DNA of 63,308 nt, taken from positions 47,489,494 through 47,552,801 of the forward strand of contig NC_068987.1 in NCBI RefSeq assembly GCF_001194135.2. Reading direction: 5' to 3'. The stretch is from Octopus bimaculoides. Taxonomy: Eukaryota. Below are positions 22,233 to 35,575 of this stretch, one piece after another; position 1 is the first letter of the stretch, and each line of letters begins with the position of its first letter. The notes beneath the pieces were generated by a model. The model had not been told where the DNA came from, made no database searches, and saw nothing but the letters and a program-made list of their open reading frames with translations. The position numbers and the translations under genes are program-made.

Positions 22233-23904
22233 TTTGTGTTTTTATTTGGGCTGAAAGATGGTATAAATTTTTTTTTTAAATTAATATTTTCTTTTGTATT
22301 TCAACTCAATAATAATGATGATAATAATAATAATATTTCAAAGAAAATTTGATTTAACATTTTTTATTGCAAATTTTTTTTGTCTCCAGAGATTACTTTT
22401 CCTTCCATGGAGGAATGAAGCTATTTAACCCAGTATTTCACAAGAGAAGTAAATAGCATTTGTCAGAATAACAAGTCACCCTTGTCCTTGACATAACACT
22501 GCTCATGACGAAAACAAGGATAATTTTTAATATAGGCACAAGGCCATAATATATTGAAGAGATTTCTAGTCAATAAAACTAACTTCAGTTTATCCAGGAC
22601 CACTAAGAATTAACAGTCATAAGGTATATAACTAAATACTACAGGGCATTTTGTCTACCACTCTGATGATTCTGCTATCCAGTTCATTCGTTTTTAAACC
22701 AGTATGGACAAGAGGCTTATATTATTGAGGTACTATGTAATAGTTGAATACCCTTTCTGTTGATAACCTTCACCTATTTTAAAAGTAAGGGACTGTGTGC
22801 TTGTGTATGTATGTATGTATGTATGTATGCATGCACACACACACTCGTGTGTGGTTCTTTCAGTTTCTGTACCAAATCAACTCACAAGGCTTTAGTCAGC
22901 CTGACTCTTATAACAGAAGACACTTTCCCAAGGTGCTGCACTCATGGACTGAACCTGGAAGCATGTGGTTGGGAAGTGAACTTCTCAACCAAACATCCAT
23001 GCTTGCACCTGTGTTCTTAATAATAATGAGGACAATTTCTTACACTGAAAAACCACAGGTTTTGGTGAGAGAGGTGTTATCAGTTGAAACAAGTGTATTA
23101 CTGGTACTTATTAAATTAAAGCCAAGCAGGATTTGAACTGAAAATATATAGGGATGTAACTTTATGCCTCAAGGTATTATTAGTTCACAACTTGATCAAT
23201 TTCGACCATCCCCAATATTCATAATAATAATAATATCTTAAATTGACGCAACACAAATGTGTAGGAGTGTGGCATAGTTGATTGAATTCTCAATATATTA
23301 CTGATATTTATTTTATTAACCCTAAAGGGATGAAAAGCAAAATGTGAATTCAGACCATAAATAACTACCACATTTAATTCAAAATTCTATTGATTCTGAT
23401 ATTTACTGCCTTTAATCCTTAAGTATTTAAACTGGCTATATCTGACCCAAATAATCTACCTGTTTCATGTTCAAACTGGCTAGATATGCTTATGCACACC
23501 TATCCTACAGTGTTCTAAAAACAATCACATCACCAAAATTTTGAAGCTATGAGACACTATGATTTATTCAAAACAATGGGAATAAATAAGCATTATATTT
23601 GATAGAGCAGTCTGAATACTAGAGAGTTAATTATATTCTTTAACTGGCATAAAGGCTAAAGAAAGCCTCTTGCTGTTGGACACTCAAGTCAACTGATGCC
23701 TTTTCTTCATATCTTGGTAGAATATGAAAAGAAAAAAATTTTTACATTTATAACTTATGATTGGAAAATGGACAATGGTATATGGTGATTATTCACTCAG
23801 AGCATATGTACTGTGCTACAATATTGAACCAACTATGCTGCCATGAGTATTATTCAGAAATAAACATAAGGTCATCATTATTTATAAGTGTATATTATTA
23901 GATC

Positions 23905-24141
23905 ATCATCATAATTTTAATGTCCACTTTTCCATGCTTGCATGGATTGGATGGAGTTCATTGAGGCAGATTTTCTACAACCGAATATCTTTCCTGTCGC
24001 CAACCCTCACCTGTTTCTAAGCAAAGTAATATTTCTCCATGGCCAGACAGGTTTTCATAGAATATTGGAAATAAACAACACTGCTAGAATAGTGGTGAGA
24101 CTCATTGACAACTATCATGTGATGTCCAAGACCAGGAGACA

Positions 24142-24184
<43 letters not shown>

Positions 24185-24345
24185 ACAAAGAAACAACTGG
24201 TTTCTTTCAGCTTCTATCTACCAATTCTACTCAAAGCTTCAATCAGTCCAGGGCTAGAAGATACTTTGCACAAAGTACCACACTGTGAGTGGGTCTGAAC
24301 CTCAAACCATGTGGTTGGGAAGTACACTTCCTAACTACAGCCACG
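23905..24345 (-). mobile_element. SINE family A2 (tRNA head, (CA)n, RTE-type tail)
   Basis: Contiguous head, microsatellite and tail ending in (cat)n. Confidence 0.75.
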
Positions 24346-25084
24346 TCTATACCATGAAAACAAGTTACTCCCAGATTGTATCCTATTGCAATAACAAAAT
24401 AATTATGAAGAAATCAGTTAATGAATTTATACATGAAGCTTAACAAACTCGGGATGCATTATGGTGAACTGTTGTTCACTCCATGCCATATCATGTCACA
24501 ATTAGCTGTGTGTTGTGTACACTGCTATCTCAGAGCAACTACTAGAATATTTCATTTGTAGAAGACAGAAAAAAATGAGTAGTTTTCCTTGATGTTGCAT
24601 GAGAATATTATTGAATAAGTTATTTTTTTATGAATTTATTAGCAAACACAACTTCCATGGTCAAAGAGAAAGAATTTAGAAAAATAACCAAATATGGTTA
24701 AAAACTTGGGGAGCAGGAACTGATGTTATATCAGGAATGTGGTAAAACCAAATCCAAAGATTTGAGTCTTCAATGATGTGACAGTAATACTTATAATAAT
24801 AATTTCTAAACATTGTTCAGCAAAACTTTGGAAGGCAGTACCAACAGCCTAATGACTGAAACCAGTAAAAGAATAAAATAGACACTAGGCTACATATTTG
24901 GAGAAAGTTGATTATATAATTCAAATACTCTTCTTTTGGCAGTTTCTTCATGCCTGATGATCATCATGAGAAAGAGTGACACATCTGGTTATGTAAACCA
25001 ATCCTTTATGCTGCAGGGTTTTTCTTCCTGCCTGCACTTAGTTTTAAAGTGAGAATCAGTTCATGCATTCTGAATAGACAGCAC

Positions 25085-27121
25085 CCTGATAGATAAAGCA
25101 GTTAAGGGTATGAAGCCAGGAAAAACCTCCGGCCCTACAGGAATCACTGAGATGCTTAAAACATCTGGTGGCGTAGGCTATGGCCTAGTCACCTGTATTG
25201 TAAACCAGGTGGTTCATGATGAAGTCGTACCCAATGACTGGTGTAGCAGCACCATAGTCAACTGCTCCAAAGGTAAAGGTGATGCTTTAGATAGAAATAA
25301 CTACAGGGGTATCAAACTGCTGGATCAGGTGATGAGGGTCACAGAGAGGGAGAGAGTTTGCTTAGATGAGATGCAGTTTGTTTTTGTATCAGGTAGAAGC
25401 ACCACTGATGCTATATTCCTGGTATGGCAACTGTAGGAGAGATACCTAGCCAAAGATAAGCCCCTATATTTGGCTTTTGTAGACTTGGAGAAGCCTTTGA
25501 CAGGGTCCCCTGATCCCTTATCTAGTGGGTGATGCGGAAACTGAGAATTGATGAATGGTTAATTAGGGCTGTACAGGCCCAATACAGAGATGCCGTTAGT
25601 AAGATTAGGATTGGCAATAAGTATAGTGAAGAATTCTGGGTAGAAGTAGGGGTCCACCAAGGATCAGCCCCGTCTTATTCATCATGGTTCTCCAGGCAAT
25701 AACAGAGGAGTTCAAGACAGGTTTTCCCTGGGAGCTCCTCTATGCTGATGACCTGGCCTTCATAGCAGAATCACTACCAGAACTAGACAAATTTCAAGTG
25801 TGGAAGCACGGTTTAGAATCAAAAGGCCTTAGAGTCAATGTTGTAAAGACCAAAGTTCTAGTAAGTAGGAAGGTGAACACATCACACACCCCTTCAGGTA
25901 GGTGGCACTGCTCGATCTGTAGAAAAGGTGTAGGTAGAAACTCCATAAAATGTATCCAGTGTTAGCTATGGACACATGAGAGGTGCAGCAACATCAAAGG
26001 AAGATTAACTGGGAAGATAGCTTTGTGCAGCAGATGCACGGGGGCAATAAATGCCAGATGCTCAGAAAGCAGATTCCATCATATGCCAGGGGAAGAAACT
26101 AGAAGTAGTTGATAGCTTCCACTACTTAGGTGGCCAAGTCTGTAGTTGGCGTGATGCTCAGAAAGTATTACCACCAGAATAAGAATAGCCTGGGCAAAGT
26201 TCAGAAAGCTTCTACCCCTACTGGTGACAAAGGGCCTCTCTCTCAGTGAAAGATATGTTGTATGATGCATGTGTGTGAACTGCTATGCTTCACAGCAGTG
26301 AAACAAGGGCTGTGACTGCTGAAGACATGTGTAAGCTCAAAAGAAATGAAGCTAGCATGATCTGCTGGATGTGTAATGTCAGTGTGCACACACAACAGTG
26401 TAAGCACCCTGAGAGAAATGTTAGACATAAGAAGCATTGGATGTGGCGTGCAAAAGAGACGTTTGCATTGGTATGGTCATGTACTGTGGATGGATGAGGA
26501 GAGCTGTGTGAAGAAGTACCACTCCCAGTCAGTGGAAGGAAGACATGAGATGAGGTAGTGAAGCATGACCTTCGAATGTTGGGCTTCACAGAGGCAATGA
26601 CAAAAGACCCGAGACCTCTGGAAGTATGCTGTAACTGAGAAGATCTGGCAAATAAAGTGAGTTCACAGCTGTAACCTACACCAGCATCACATAACCAGCC
26701 CACTCAAAAGTACCTTGGATCATAGGGTGACATGCTGTGCTTGAGGAGACCTATTGAGTCAAGTACATCCACATCAAAATCAAATCAAATCAAATGGAAA
26801 TTGTAGTTCTGACCCTCGTGTCGGTGGCACGTAAAAAGCAAAATCTGAACGTGGCCGATGCCAGTGCCGCCTTGACTGGCTTCCATGCCAGCGGCATGTA
26901 AAAAGCAGCATCTGATTGTGGTCAATGCCAGCTCCTCTGGTGGCACATAAAAAGCACCTACTACGCTCTCAGACTGATTGGCGTTAGGAAGGGAATCCAG
27001 CTGTAGAAACACTGCCAGATCAGATTGGGGCCTGGTGCAGCCTCCTGGTTTCCCAGACCCCAGTTGAACCATCCAACCCATACCAGCATGGAAAACGGAC
27101 ATTAAATGATGATGATAATGA
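25085..27121 (+). mobile_element. 5'-truncated RTE LINE: RT domain, 3' UTR and (GAT)n tail
   Basis: GKGDALDRNNYRGIKLLD, WELLYADDL, KGLRVNVVKTKVL, DSFHYLG, RRLHWYGHV. Frameshifted. Confidence 0.92.
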
Positions 27122-30100
27122 AGGCAGTGAGGGTTTGTGGTTGGAGTTTCTTCCATAACATGCTAATTAATCCGTAGCTGGGACTTTGATGGGTATTACT
27201 ACTCTGATCAATAATGGCTAAGGGGTGTTTCCTCACTCAAAACCCTGGAACTCCTAAACCAGGGATCCACTACCGGATGCATTTTAAATTACATATACTA
27301 GTAATGATTATTGTATCAACAGGTAGATGAAGACAAATTTAAAGTCAAAGTAACTTCTGTGATCTCTAACTTTGTCTCAAGATCATCAATTTTGGTGGGG
27401 AGGGGTGGGGTAAAATTGATTGCCCCAACCTAACATTTGCTTTTATCAACCTTAACCCTTTAGCATTTAAACTGGTCGTATCCAGGCAAAATATTCCATC
27501 TGTTTTGTGTTCACACTGGCCAGATCTGACCTCTCACACATATACACTTTGATATCATTGTAAAAATAAACAATCACGTCATTGAAATCATGAAACAGTG
27601 AGATAATGCATGATTAATAGAAAACAATGTGAATAAATAAGCATTACATTCGTCAGAGTAATCTGAAAGCTAAAAGTTAAAGGAAGTAGAATTGGACTCC
27701 CTACAGGAGGGATGAAACTAAAATCTGTTTGAGATTTAGTCTGGTATTGGACTACTCATAGGTTGTGAGTTCAAATTTTTGTTGGTAATTTGTTGTTTTA
27801 GAGCTTGCTATTTTATTTTCTATTGCCTCAGTTCAGTTAGCTGTAGAAAATAACGCAATAACAGATCATTTGAAAATTATATCTACTATAGACCAGCATT
27901 CAATCCTGAGAAAGATCTCATTTACTTAACATCATGAAACCAGAGTTGAGAACTAACCCTTAAAAAGTCCTTTCTGATTTTTTAGGGAAGAAATTTGGAC
28001 TGCTTCTCCACTGTTTCTGCCACTTTAATTATATTAATATCATTAGCGATTTTAATTATTAATTTCATTGATAATGATAAAGATAATTTTAACATTTGTT
28101 CTTCCTTGTTGATATAGACTAGACGGGTTTGCAGTGCAATATATTATCAGTCGTCATCCTTTATCATAGCTTCTGTAAGGCTCAGCATCCTGGGTTTCCT
28201 GAATTTTTACTGTTATCATACAGTACCTTTAACCCACTTATCCTCCATTTCCATCATGTCAGTTCCAGCAAAAGCATTTGTCTTGCTGACATCTGGTAAT
28301 ATCTTTAATACCTGATGATACTCATTTCATTTGTGCACTTGTCCTTCATTGAGACAAATATAATATCCAATTGATCATATTCACCACTTTTCTCCTCCAT
28401 CTCTGTACATCATCAATATTCAACATACATGATGTCTCACTATTGTCATAGCATCCCACATTTTACTTCATGTTGTGTATCTAAATTTTTTGCCATAAAT
28501 ATTTGTCTGTTATATATTTTCAAGCTGCTTTTTAGTGTTAATGATAATAGTTGAAAGATCAACATCTGTACATAAACTTAGGTATGATTTAGCCAAAATT
28601 GGCTCAGGCTATATCTAACTTAATAGCATCACCTGATAGAGCTTCTTAAGTCATTTTAATGTTAAGTTTTGTGATATCATGGCTTATTCAAGTTAGAAGC
28701 TGTTGACTAAGATGTATCCAGGTATTGGTGGTTTATCTGGTATCCTTGAAGAAGTTTGTCTAGATATAGTTTCAAGGTTATGGGATCTTTTTTTAAAGAT
28801 AATATTGACTGATATTTCTTCTTGCAAAGGAAAAGTAATTGTGTTGCAGCGTGATTTGTGCAGGGAGTGTTTGGCACAAAATCCCAGCTTTGGATGAATT
28901 GTAAACTAGATGTTAAGGTCATTTGGGGGTAAGGTTGGTGATATATTCTTTACATTTATAAATTTGACATCAACTGAATTTGAACTCAGAATGTAAAGAG
29001 CCAAAAGAAATACTGAGAGCAGTTTGTATGATGCTCAACAGATCCTCCCAAACCACACGCTCAAGAAAATTTGACATTGGCAGAATTTGAATTCAGAACA
29101 TAAAGAACCAGAGCAAATACTGAGAGCAGTTTGTATGATGCTCAGCCGATTTTGCCAAACTGCACCCAATATAGAAGACAAGTACTGATAATACTCTACT
29201 TTCCCTTTACATTCCCACTCCCAGGATCTAACTACTGTTAGTCAAATAAAAAAAAGAATAGTTGGTGATGTGGCCCTATTGGGAACTGAACAATGATGAA
29301 TCGAAGGACAAGTGGAGGTGGAATAGGTAAGTTATTAGATGACCTGCTGATGAATCCACAGTGAAATTAGGACAAAAACAATGGAAACAGTATGTGTGTG
29401 TGTATGTATATATATATATAATGTCAGTGTCTATGCACTTTTTGATGAAAGGTGTGCACTCATACAAAAATACTTTGTGGTGGGCCGATGGACTGTCAAG
29501 GGTATGTTTCTTTGGAATAGAATTGTCCTTTATCCACTTAATACAAAACCAGAAGTAATCTTGGAGATGATTATTCTTTCTTCAATTTAAAAAATTTTTG
29601 TGCTAGAAATAAATGGGAGATCTCTTTAAGAGTTATTCTGACAAATTTTAATTATTTTTTCTGCAGAAGATAGCCACCTTTCAGAATATATAAAATTTTA
29701 AGATATTTCCACCAAAGAACATGAATTACTCTTTGGCAATGTTCCTGCCTCCATTGGATGTCAGATGATAGGTTTCACTTACAAAATATTTAATTTGAAC
29801 ATCAAACACAGCAGTATGGAAAATATTAAAATGGTGGTGTAAGTTACAGTATTGTATTATGTCCATGGCCTACCAATAACATTTAACTTTAATTCGCCTT
29901 CTGCTGGCTACAGTTAACAGTAACAATCCTTTCTACTATAGGCACAGGGCCTGAACTTTTTGGTGGGAGTGGGTAAGTCAATTGCATCAACTCCAGTGCT
30001 TTATTGAGCCTGAAAGGATGAAAGACAGAAGAAATGCTGCTAAACATTTTGCCTGGCGTGCTAATGGTTCTGCCAGCTCCGCACCTTAACAGTAATAATG

Positions 30101-31221
30101 AAGTTAAGGCAACTCGCCAATGTAAGATGGGTACACTGTATAAATTATCTTGTTTCTTGTAGCTATGAGCGAGTAGTAAAAGTCCACTCTAGGAGATAGT
30201 TCTTTGGAAATCTTGTAGATGCTATATGTACAAGTTAGTCGGCGTTTAAGATTCATTGATGAAGTTTTTACCTCTAGTTAACAGAATATTACTGTCTATT
30301 TTCGTTATTTTTTTTAATGTCTGTAGTCCACACCCGTCTATCAGTCTCAGGGGAAATAACTCCAGTTGGTTATGATACTAAAAAAAATTTAGAAGTTTCA
30401 ATTTGCTCATCTGTAGTAACAGTAAATTCGAAGACATGATGAAGTATTTATGTATCTAATAGAGAGTGATTACCTTGGAATAGATTATCCTGATATTAGA
30501 TTTAAATCTTAGGAAATCCTTTCATGAATCCGTTTATTTGTACAACCTAGAAGAAAGCCAGGGCTCACACCAGTGTAGGGGCAAGACCAAAGGAAAAGGA
30601 CAACAGCCAAGAGAAATGGATGGCACTTATCAGTTTGAATTTTCACAAGTTGATCAGTTCCATGTTAACTGTGACTGGGCAGATTATGAGCACAGAGATC
30701 CTGATTTTAAAGGTAATATCTAGGACTACATTATCCAATTCTCATTTTCAAGCAAGTAGGAAGAGCTTTGTTTATTGTTTTCAGCTATTCATGTGACAAC
30801 ATAGAGGCGACCTTGTTGGTTTCAAGGAAAAGAAATTTCAGAATATAATTTACATTCATAATATTATTTATAATATTGCAAGCTCTGATACCTCAACATT
30901 CAAGGTGGAATGTTTCTTTAAACCTTTTGAGACCATACCTGGTTTTATAATAAAAACGTTCTGTTCAAAGTGATCTAAATAAAAATTTTCTGTCAAAATT
31001 TCATAATTTAGGTTTCTATCTAACATCAGCTGAATAATGACATTAATTTTACAAAATTCTTCACTATTTTAAAGATTAATCGAAGCAAAGGCAGTTTATT
31101 TCAACAGAAATGTGATAATGAAAGGATTGACTGAAAATTATACTTCTGTCCAGCTGCTTATAAATTTCAGTTTTGTGAATGTCTGTATAAGAGCATTAAG
31201 AAATAGTTTTATGGAAAGGCG

Positions 31222-33652
31222 AATCGTTACCAGCTTAGCATATTTTATGCTAGATCTAACATTTTTATTTTTGAGCATTTAGCAGAAAATTTTTGAATCT
31301 AGCATTTAGCAGGGAAAATAGCAGGTTTAAAATTTGTTTAGCATTTTTCTCTGATCATGACATTTCCACAATAGTTAGCCTTTTTTCTTCTTTTCCCTCC
31401 TTTTCTACTTTCGTTTTTAGTACTATCGGCTATTGTTGAATTTTTCTTGCACTTTCTTGAAACTTCAGACGAAAGTTTATCAAGTTATGAACTTTTCCAG
31501 CCCCCCCCCCCTGCTTTGATACAGAGTGGTGTTGGTGGGGAGAGGGGGAGAAGATAACTCATGTCAGCACCTGAACTCACTACACAATAATGTAAATATG
31601 TTGCAAAGAATGAAAGCATGGAAATTCGTCCTGACAATGCTTTATTCTGTAGTGATGAGTTTTTATCATGACAGGTTACTTTCAGTTTATTCTAAAATAG
31701 GCCTGTGCTTTTTCATGCTTGTTTTGGATTATATTTCCACCTACTTTTTTTTTCAAGTATTGTAGTTATAGTTGTGGTTTTACCAATAGATATTAAATGT
31801 AAGATTGGAAGCAAAATATGATGTTCCCAGGTTTATATCAGAACACAGTTTTAGGATTTCTGCAGATTTTACTTTTCCATTTATAAGTTGGTCACACTGC
31901 ATCCTGAATCAGTATTCTTCACCTCAAGAATTTGTAAGCAGAAAACATAAGAATTGTTAACAACAAACTGATAAGTTGTGCTTTCAAATTTATATTTTTA
32001 TTTATCATCCAATTTATTTTCTTGCTTCCCACTACATTATAATGAACAAAGAAAAAACAAAGTTGTACCAATAAAAATTCCGAAAGGAATGGCTTAAGAT
32101 GCCAGCATTTACTAAGTGGTTGTGTGAAGTACCTAGTGACCAATCTAAAGCACATTGCAGATATTGTAGATGTAATATGTTGGCAAAATATTCTCTTTTA
32201 GTAAGCCACTGTAAAGCAAAGAAACATAAGGCATCAACTCCACAGCAAATAATTCCGCTTACCAATTTTATTAAAACCCCAAATGATAAGACATCTATGC
32301 TTGAAGCAAATTTAGCAATGTTTATTTGTTGCCACTCCTCATTTAATAGAGTTATGTAAGAATTATATGTCTGATAGTGATATGTCCAAAGTGAAGTTGC
32401 ATCGTACAAAATGTGCAAATGTTGTGAGAAATGTTGTAGTTCTATATTTTGATGGAAATTTGATTTCTGGTACAGGAGATAGGAAATTTAGCCTGTTATT
32501 AGATGAATCCAATGATATATTGATAAATAAGTTGTTAGAAATTGTTATCATATATTATAGTGACACTCACAAAAAAGTGGTACATACATATCTCAGTATG
32601 GTATCTATAGAAACGTGATGCAGACGGCATTGTAGATGCCTTAAAAATTGAATTAATGAAAAAGAAATTAGATATAAAAAATTTACTGGCTGTAGGAACC
32701 GACAATGCTAGAGTAATGATAGGGAGTCAACAATGGTGTTTTCCAGAAATTAAAAGAAGTTCCATCATTACTTCTATTTAGATGTGTATGCCATTCTTTA
32801 CAGTTGGCAGTATCCCACACTTGTGCTGAATGCCTGCCCATAAATTTAGAATTTTTAGTATCCGAAACCTATAAATGGTCCTCTCATTCTTCAACAAGAC
32901 AAAGTGCCTACAAACAACTTTACCTTGCTATCAATGATAAAGAGCCTTTGAAGATTGTGAATTCTTGTACAACTAGGTGGCTGTCAATAGAACCAGTGGT
33001 AAATAGAATTTTAAGCCAAAGGTTTGAGTTGCAAACTCACTTCCAAACTACAACAAAAAAAAATGCTTTACAGCACAAATGTTACATGAAATGTTTTGTG
33101 ATTCTAGGATTGAACTTTACCTTTTATTTTTGCATCCAATTTTAAAATATGTTCAGGAAGTGAATAAACTGTTTGAATCAAACACTGTCGACAAAACAAA
33201 ATTACTTGAAGATCTTTCAAATTTGATCAAATCTATTGCTAATATGATAGTGTTGTCCACATGTAGAATTCATCCTCTTGATCCAGATGCTTCTATTGAA
33301 AAATTTCTGGATCCTAAAGCAAATTTAGGCTTCAGGTTCAAGAGAAAGATAGTAGAAATGATTATCAAGAAGACTGTAATAGCCACTGAAGAAAATAATA
33401 TTCACAAAAGAGCACAACAATTTGAATGTATAGAGAAGTCAAGACCTAGGCACTGCAGCTGAAAGTGATCAAATCAGTGAAATTCAAAAATTATTTCTCA
33501 ATGCTGAATATAATTAAAGAAAGTAAATAAAAATTAAGCTTTTTGATATAATTAGTCTTTAGCTTTTTTTTTTTATCACATTTAGCATTTTTCTGGTATT
33601 TTTTTCTACTGAAATTTAGCATAAAAATTCTGATTTTAACTTGGCAACACTG
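31222..33652 (+). mobile_element. hAT-superfamily DNA transposon, degenerate autonomous copy
   Basis: Right end ttggcaacactg (CAGTGTTGCCAA TIR), degenerate left end and TTTAGCA subterminal repeats at both ends. No TSD recovered. Confidence 0.8.
32042..33462 (+). pseudogene. hAT transposase pseudogene
   Basis: N-terminal BED-like finger (WL..KAHCRYC..H..KKH), FSLLLDES, GTDNA.VM, C.CHSLQL, TRWLSIE, LYLLFL.PIL. Several stops and frameshifts. Confidence 0.85.
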
Positions 33653-34660
33653 GGAATCAATGAAATAGGTATGTGCTGGGGTAAAAAAAAAAAAGAGTTA
33701 TTTTACTGTAGCAATTTAGGGTCATGTAGTGATTGTATATTTCTGCTATTAAAATATACTGGACCTTTATGTCTCAGCTGGCAGGTGTTTTAAAGGTTCC
33801 TATCTATGTAGACATGTCTAGTTTATGAATAGATGACAGTTGAGGAGGGGGTGAATGTCTTTTAGGTAAGTGTGTGATTAGAAGTGAGAGTAAATACATT
33901 AACATGGAGAATGAATAGTGTAGAAGTCATTACTGAAACATGGGATATCGATATTGCCAAATTTGAAAGAATGTGATGTAATGGTTAGTTCTTCATTGCA
34001 GTCGAGGGTGACCGATTGTAATCGATGGATGTGATAACTGTTCATTCAAAGGCGAAGGCTGCAAATCTTTAACTCAGGATCACCAATTTGAAACGGTTGG
34101 TATTTGTTGGTGGCCAGTGTAACAGTTTGCATTATGATATATATTGGAGTTAACAGTTAGTGATTGTAATGAGTGCTGCTGTTGCAGATGTGCAAGATGA
34201 ACAAAGAATAGTGATTGAAGTTGTAAAGAAACACACACATACATACATACACAATGAGCTTCTTTCAGTTTCCATCTACTAAATCCACTAGGCTTTGGAC
34301 AGCTCATGTCTATAGTACACAAGGTGCTATGCAGTGGGATTGGACCCTCTGCCACATGGTTGGGAAGCAGGCTTCTTAGCCTCACAACCACACCTGTGCC
34401 ACATGGTTATGGTTTGTCCGCATTACTCCATAAGGAGTATAGGGTCAGTTTCCTGGTTTCTCTGGTGTATATATTCCTTCCCAGATAGGATGCTGGTCCA
34501 TGACAAGAAAACTCACTTTTGCCAGCTGAGTGGACTGGTGCTATGTGAAATGAAGTGTTTTGCTCAAGAACACAATGCATCGCCTGATCCAGGAATTGAA
34601 ACCATAATCTTATGATCATGAGTCCAATGCCCTAACCGCTAAGCCATGTGCTTCTACCTG

Positions 34661-34704
<44 letters not shown>

Positions 34705-34724
34705 TCATCATCATCATCATCATC

Positions 34725-35575
34725 ATCGTTTAATGTCCGCTTTCCATGCTAGCATGGGTTGGACGATTTGACTGAGGAGTGGCAAACCAGATGGCNNNNN
34801 NNNNNNNNNNNNNNNNNNNNNNNNNNNNNNNNNNNNNNNNNNNNNNNNNNNNNNNNNNNNNNNNNNNNNNNNNNNNNNNNNNNNNNNNNNNNNNNNNNNN
34901 NNNNNNNNNNNNNNNNNNNNNNNNNNNNNNNNNNNNNNNNNNNNNNNNNNNNNNNNNNNNNNNNNNNNNNNNNNNNNNNNNNNNNNNNNNNNNNNNNNNN
35001 NNNNNNNNNNNNNNNNNNNNNNNNNNNNNNNNNNNNNNNNNNNNNNNNNNNNNNNNNNNNNNNNNNNNNNNNNNNNNNNNNNNNNNNNNNNNNNNNNNNN
35101 NNNNNNNNNNNNNNNNNNNNNNNNNNNNNNNNNNNNNNNNNNNNNNNNNNNNNNNNNNNNNNNNNNNNNNNNNNNNNNNNNNNNNNNNNNNNNNNNNNNN
35201 NNNNNNNNNNNNNNNNNNNNNNNNNNNNNNNNNNNNNNNNNNNNNNNNNNNNNNNNNNNNNNNNNNNNNNNNNNNNNNNNNNNNNNNNNNNNNNNNNNNN
35301 NNNNNNNNNNNNNNNNNNNNNNNNNNNNNNNNNNNNNNNNNNNNNNNNNNNCTGGCTACACATCTGGCAGAGGCCTTGGATTTTGGTCTCACTTGGCTTG
35401 CTGGGTCTTCTCATGCTCAGCATATTTCCAAAGGTCTCGGTCAGAAGTCATTGCCTCGGTGAGGCCTAATGTTCGGAGGTCGTGCTTCACCACCTCGTCC
35501 CAGGTCTTCCTGGGGCCAGGTCTTCCCGGGGCCAGGTCTTCCTGGGGCTAGGTCTTCCTGGGGCTAGGTCTTCCT
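34725..35575 (-). mobile_element. RTE 3' fragment spanning an assembly gap, with a 16-bp tandem array at its 5' truncation
   Basis: Tail at 34700-34795, KTWDEVVKHDLRTLGL region at 35400-35510, array at 35500-35575. Confidence 0.8.
34796..35351. other. Assembly gap (other gaps: 18072-18107, 36243-36252, 38227-38362, 41316-41340, 42007-42567, 53328-53413)
   Basis: Runs of N, mostly next to microsatellites. ORF calls spanning them are artefacts. Confidence 1.

Noticed and set aside
24954-24990. CTGATGA-tcatcatga-GAAA hammerhead-like string
   Set aside because: The cleavage position would be G and no stem I partner exists; it arises from a (TCA) repeat.
30538-30723. Exon-like ORF ending at AAG|GTAATA
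   Set aside because: GKTKGKGQQPREMDG resembles a decayed RTE C-terminus (G.R.RGR...W.D); no partner exons.
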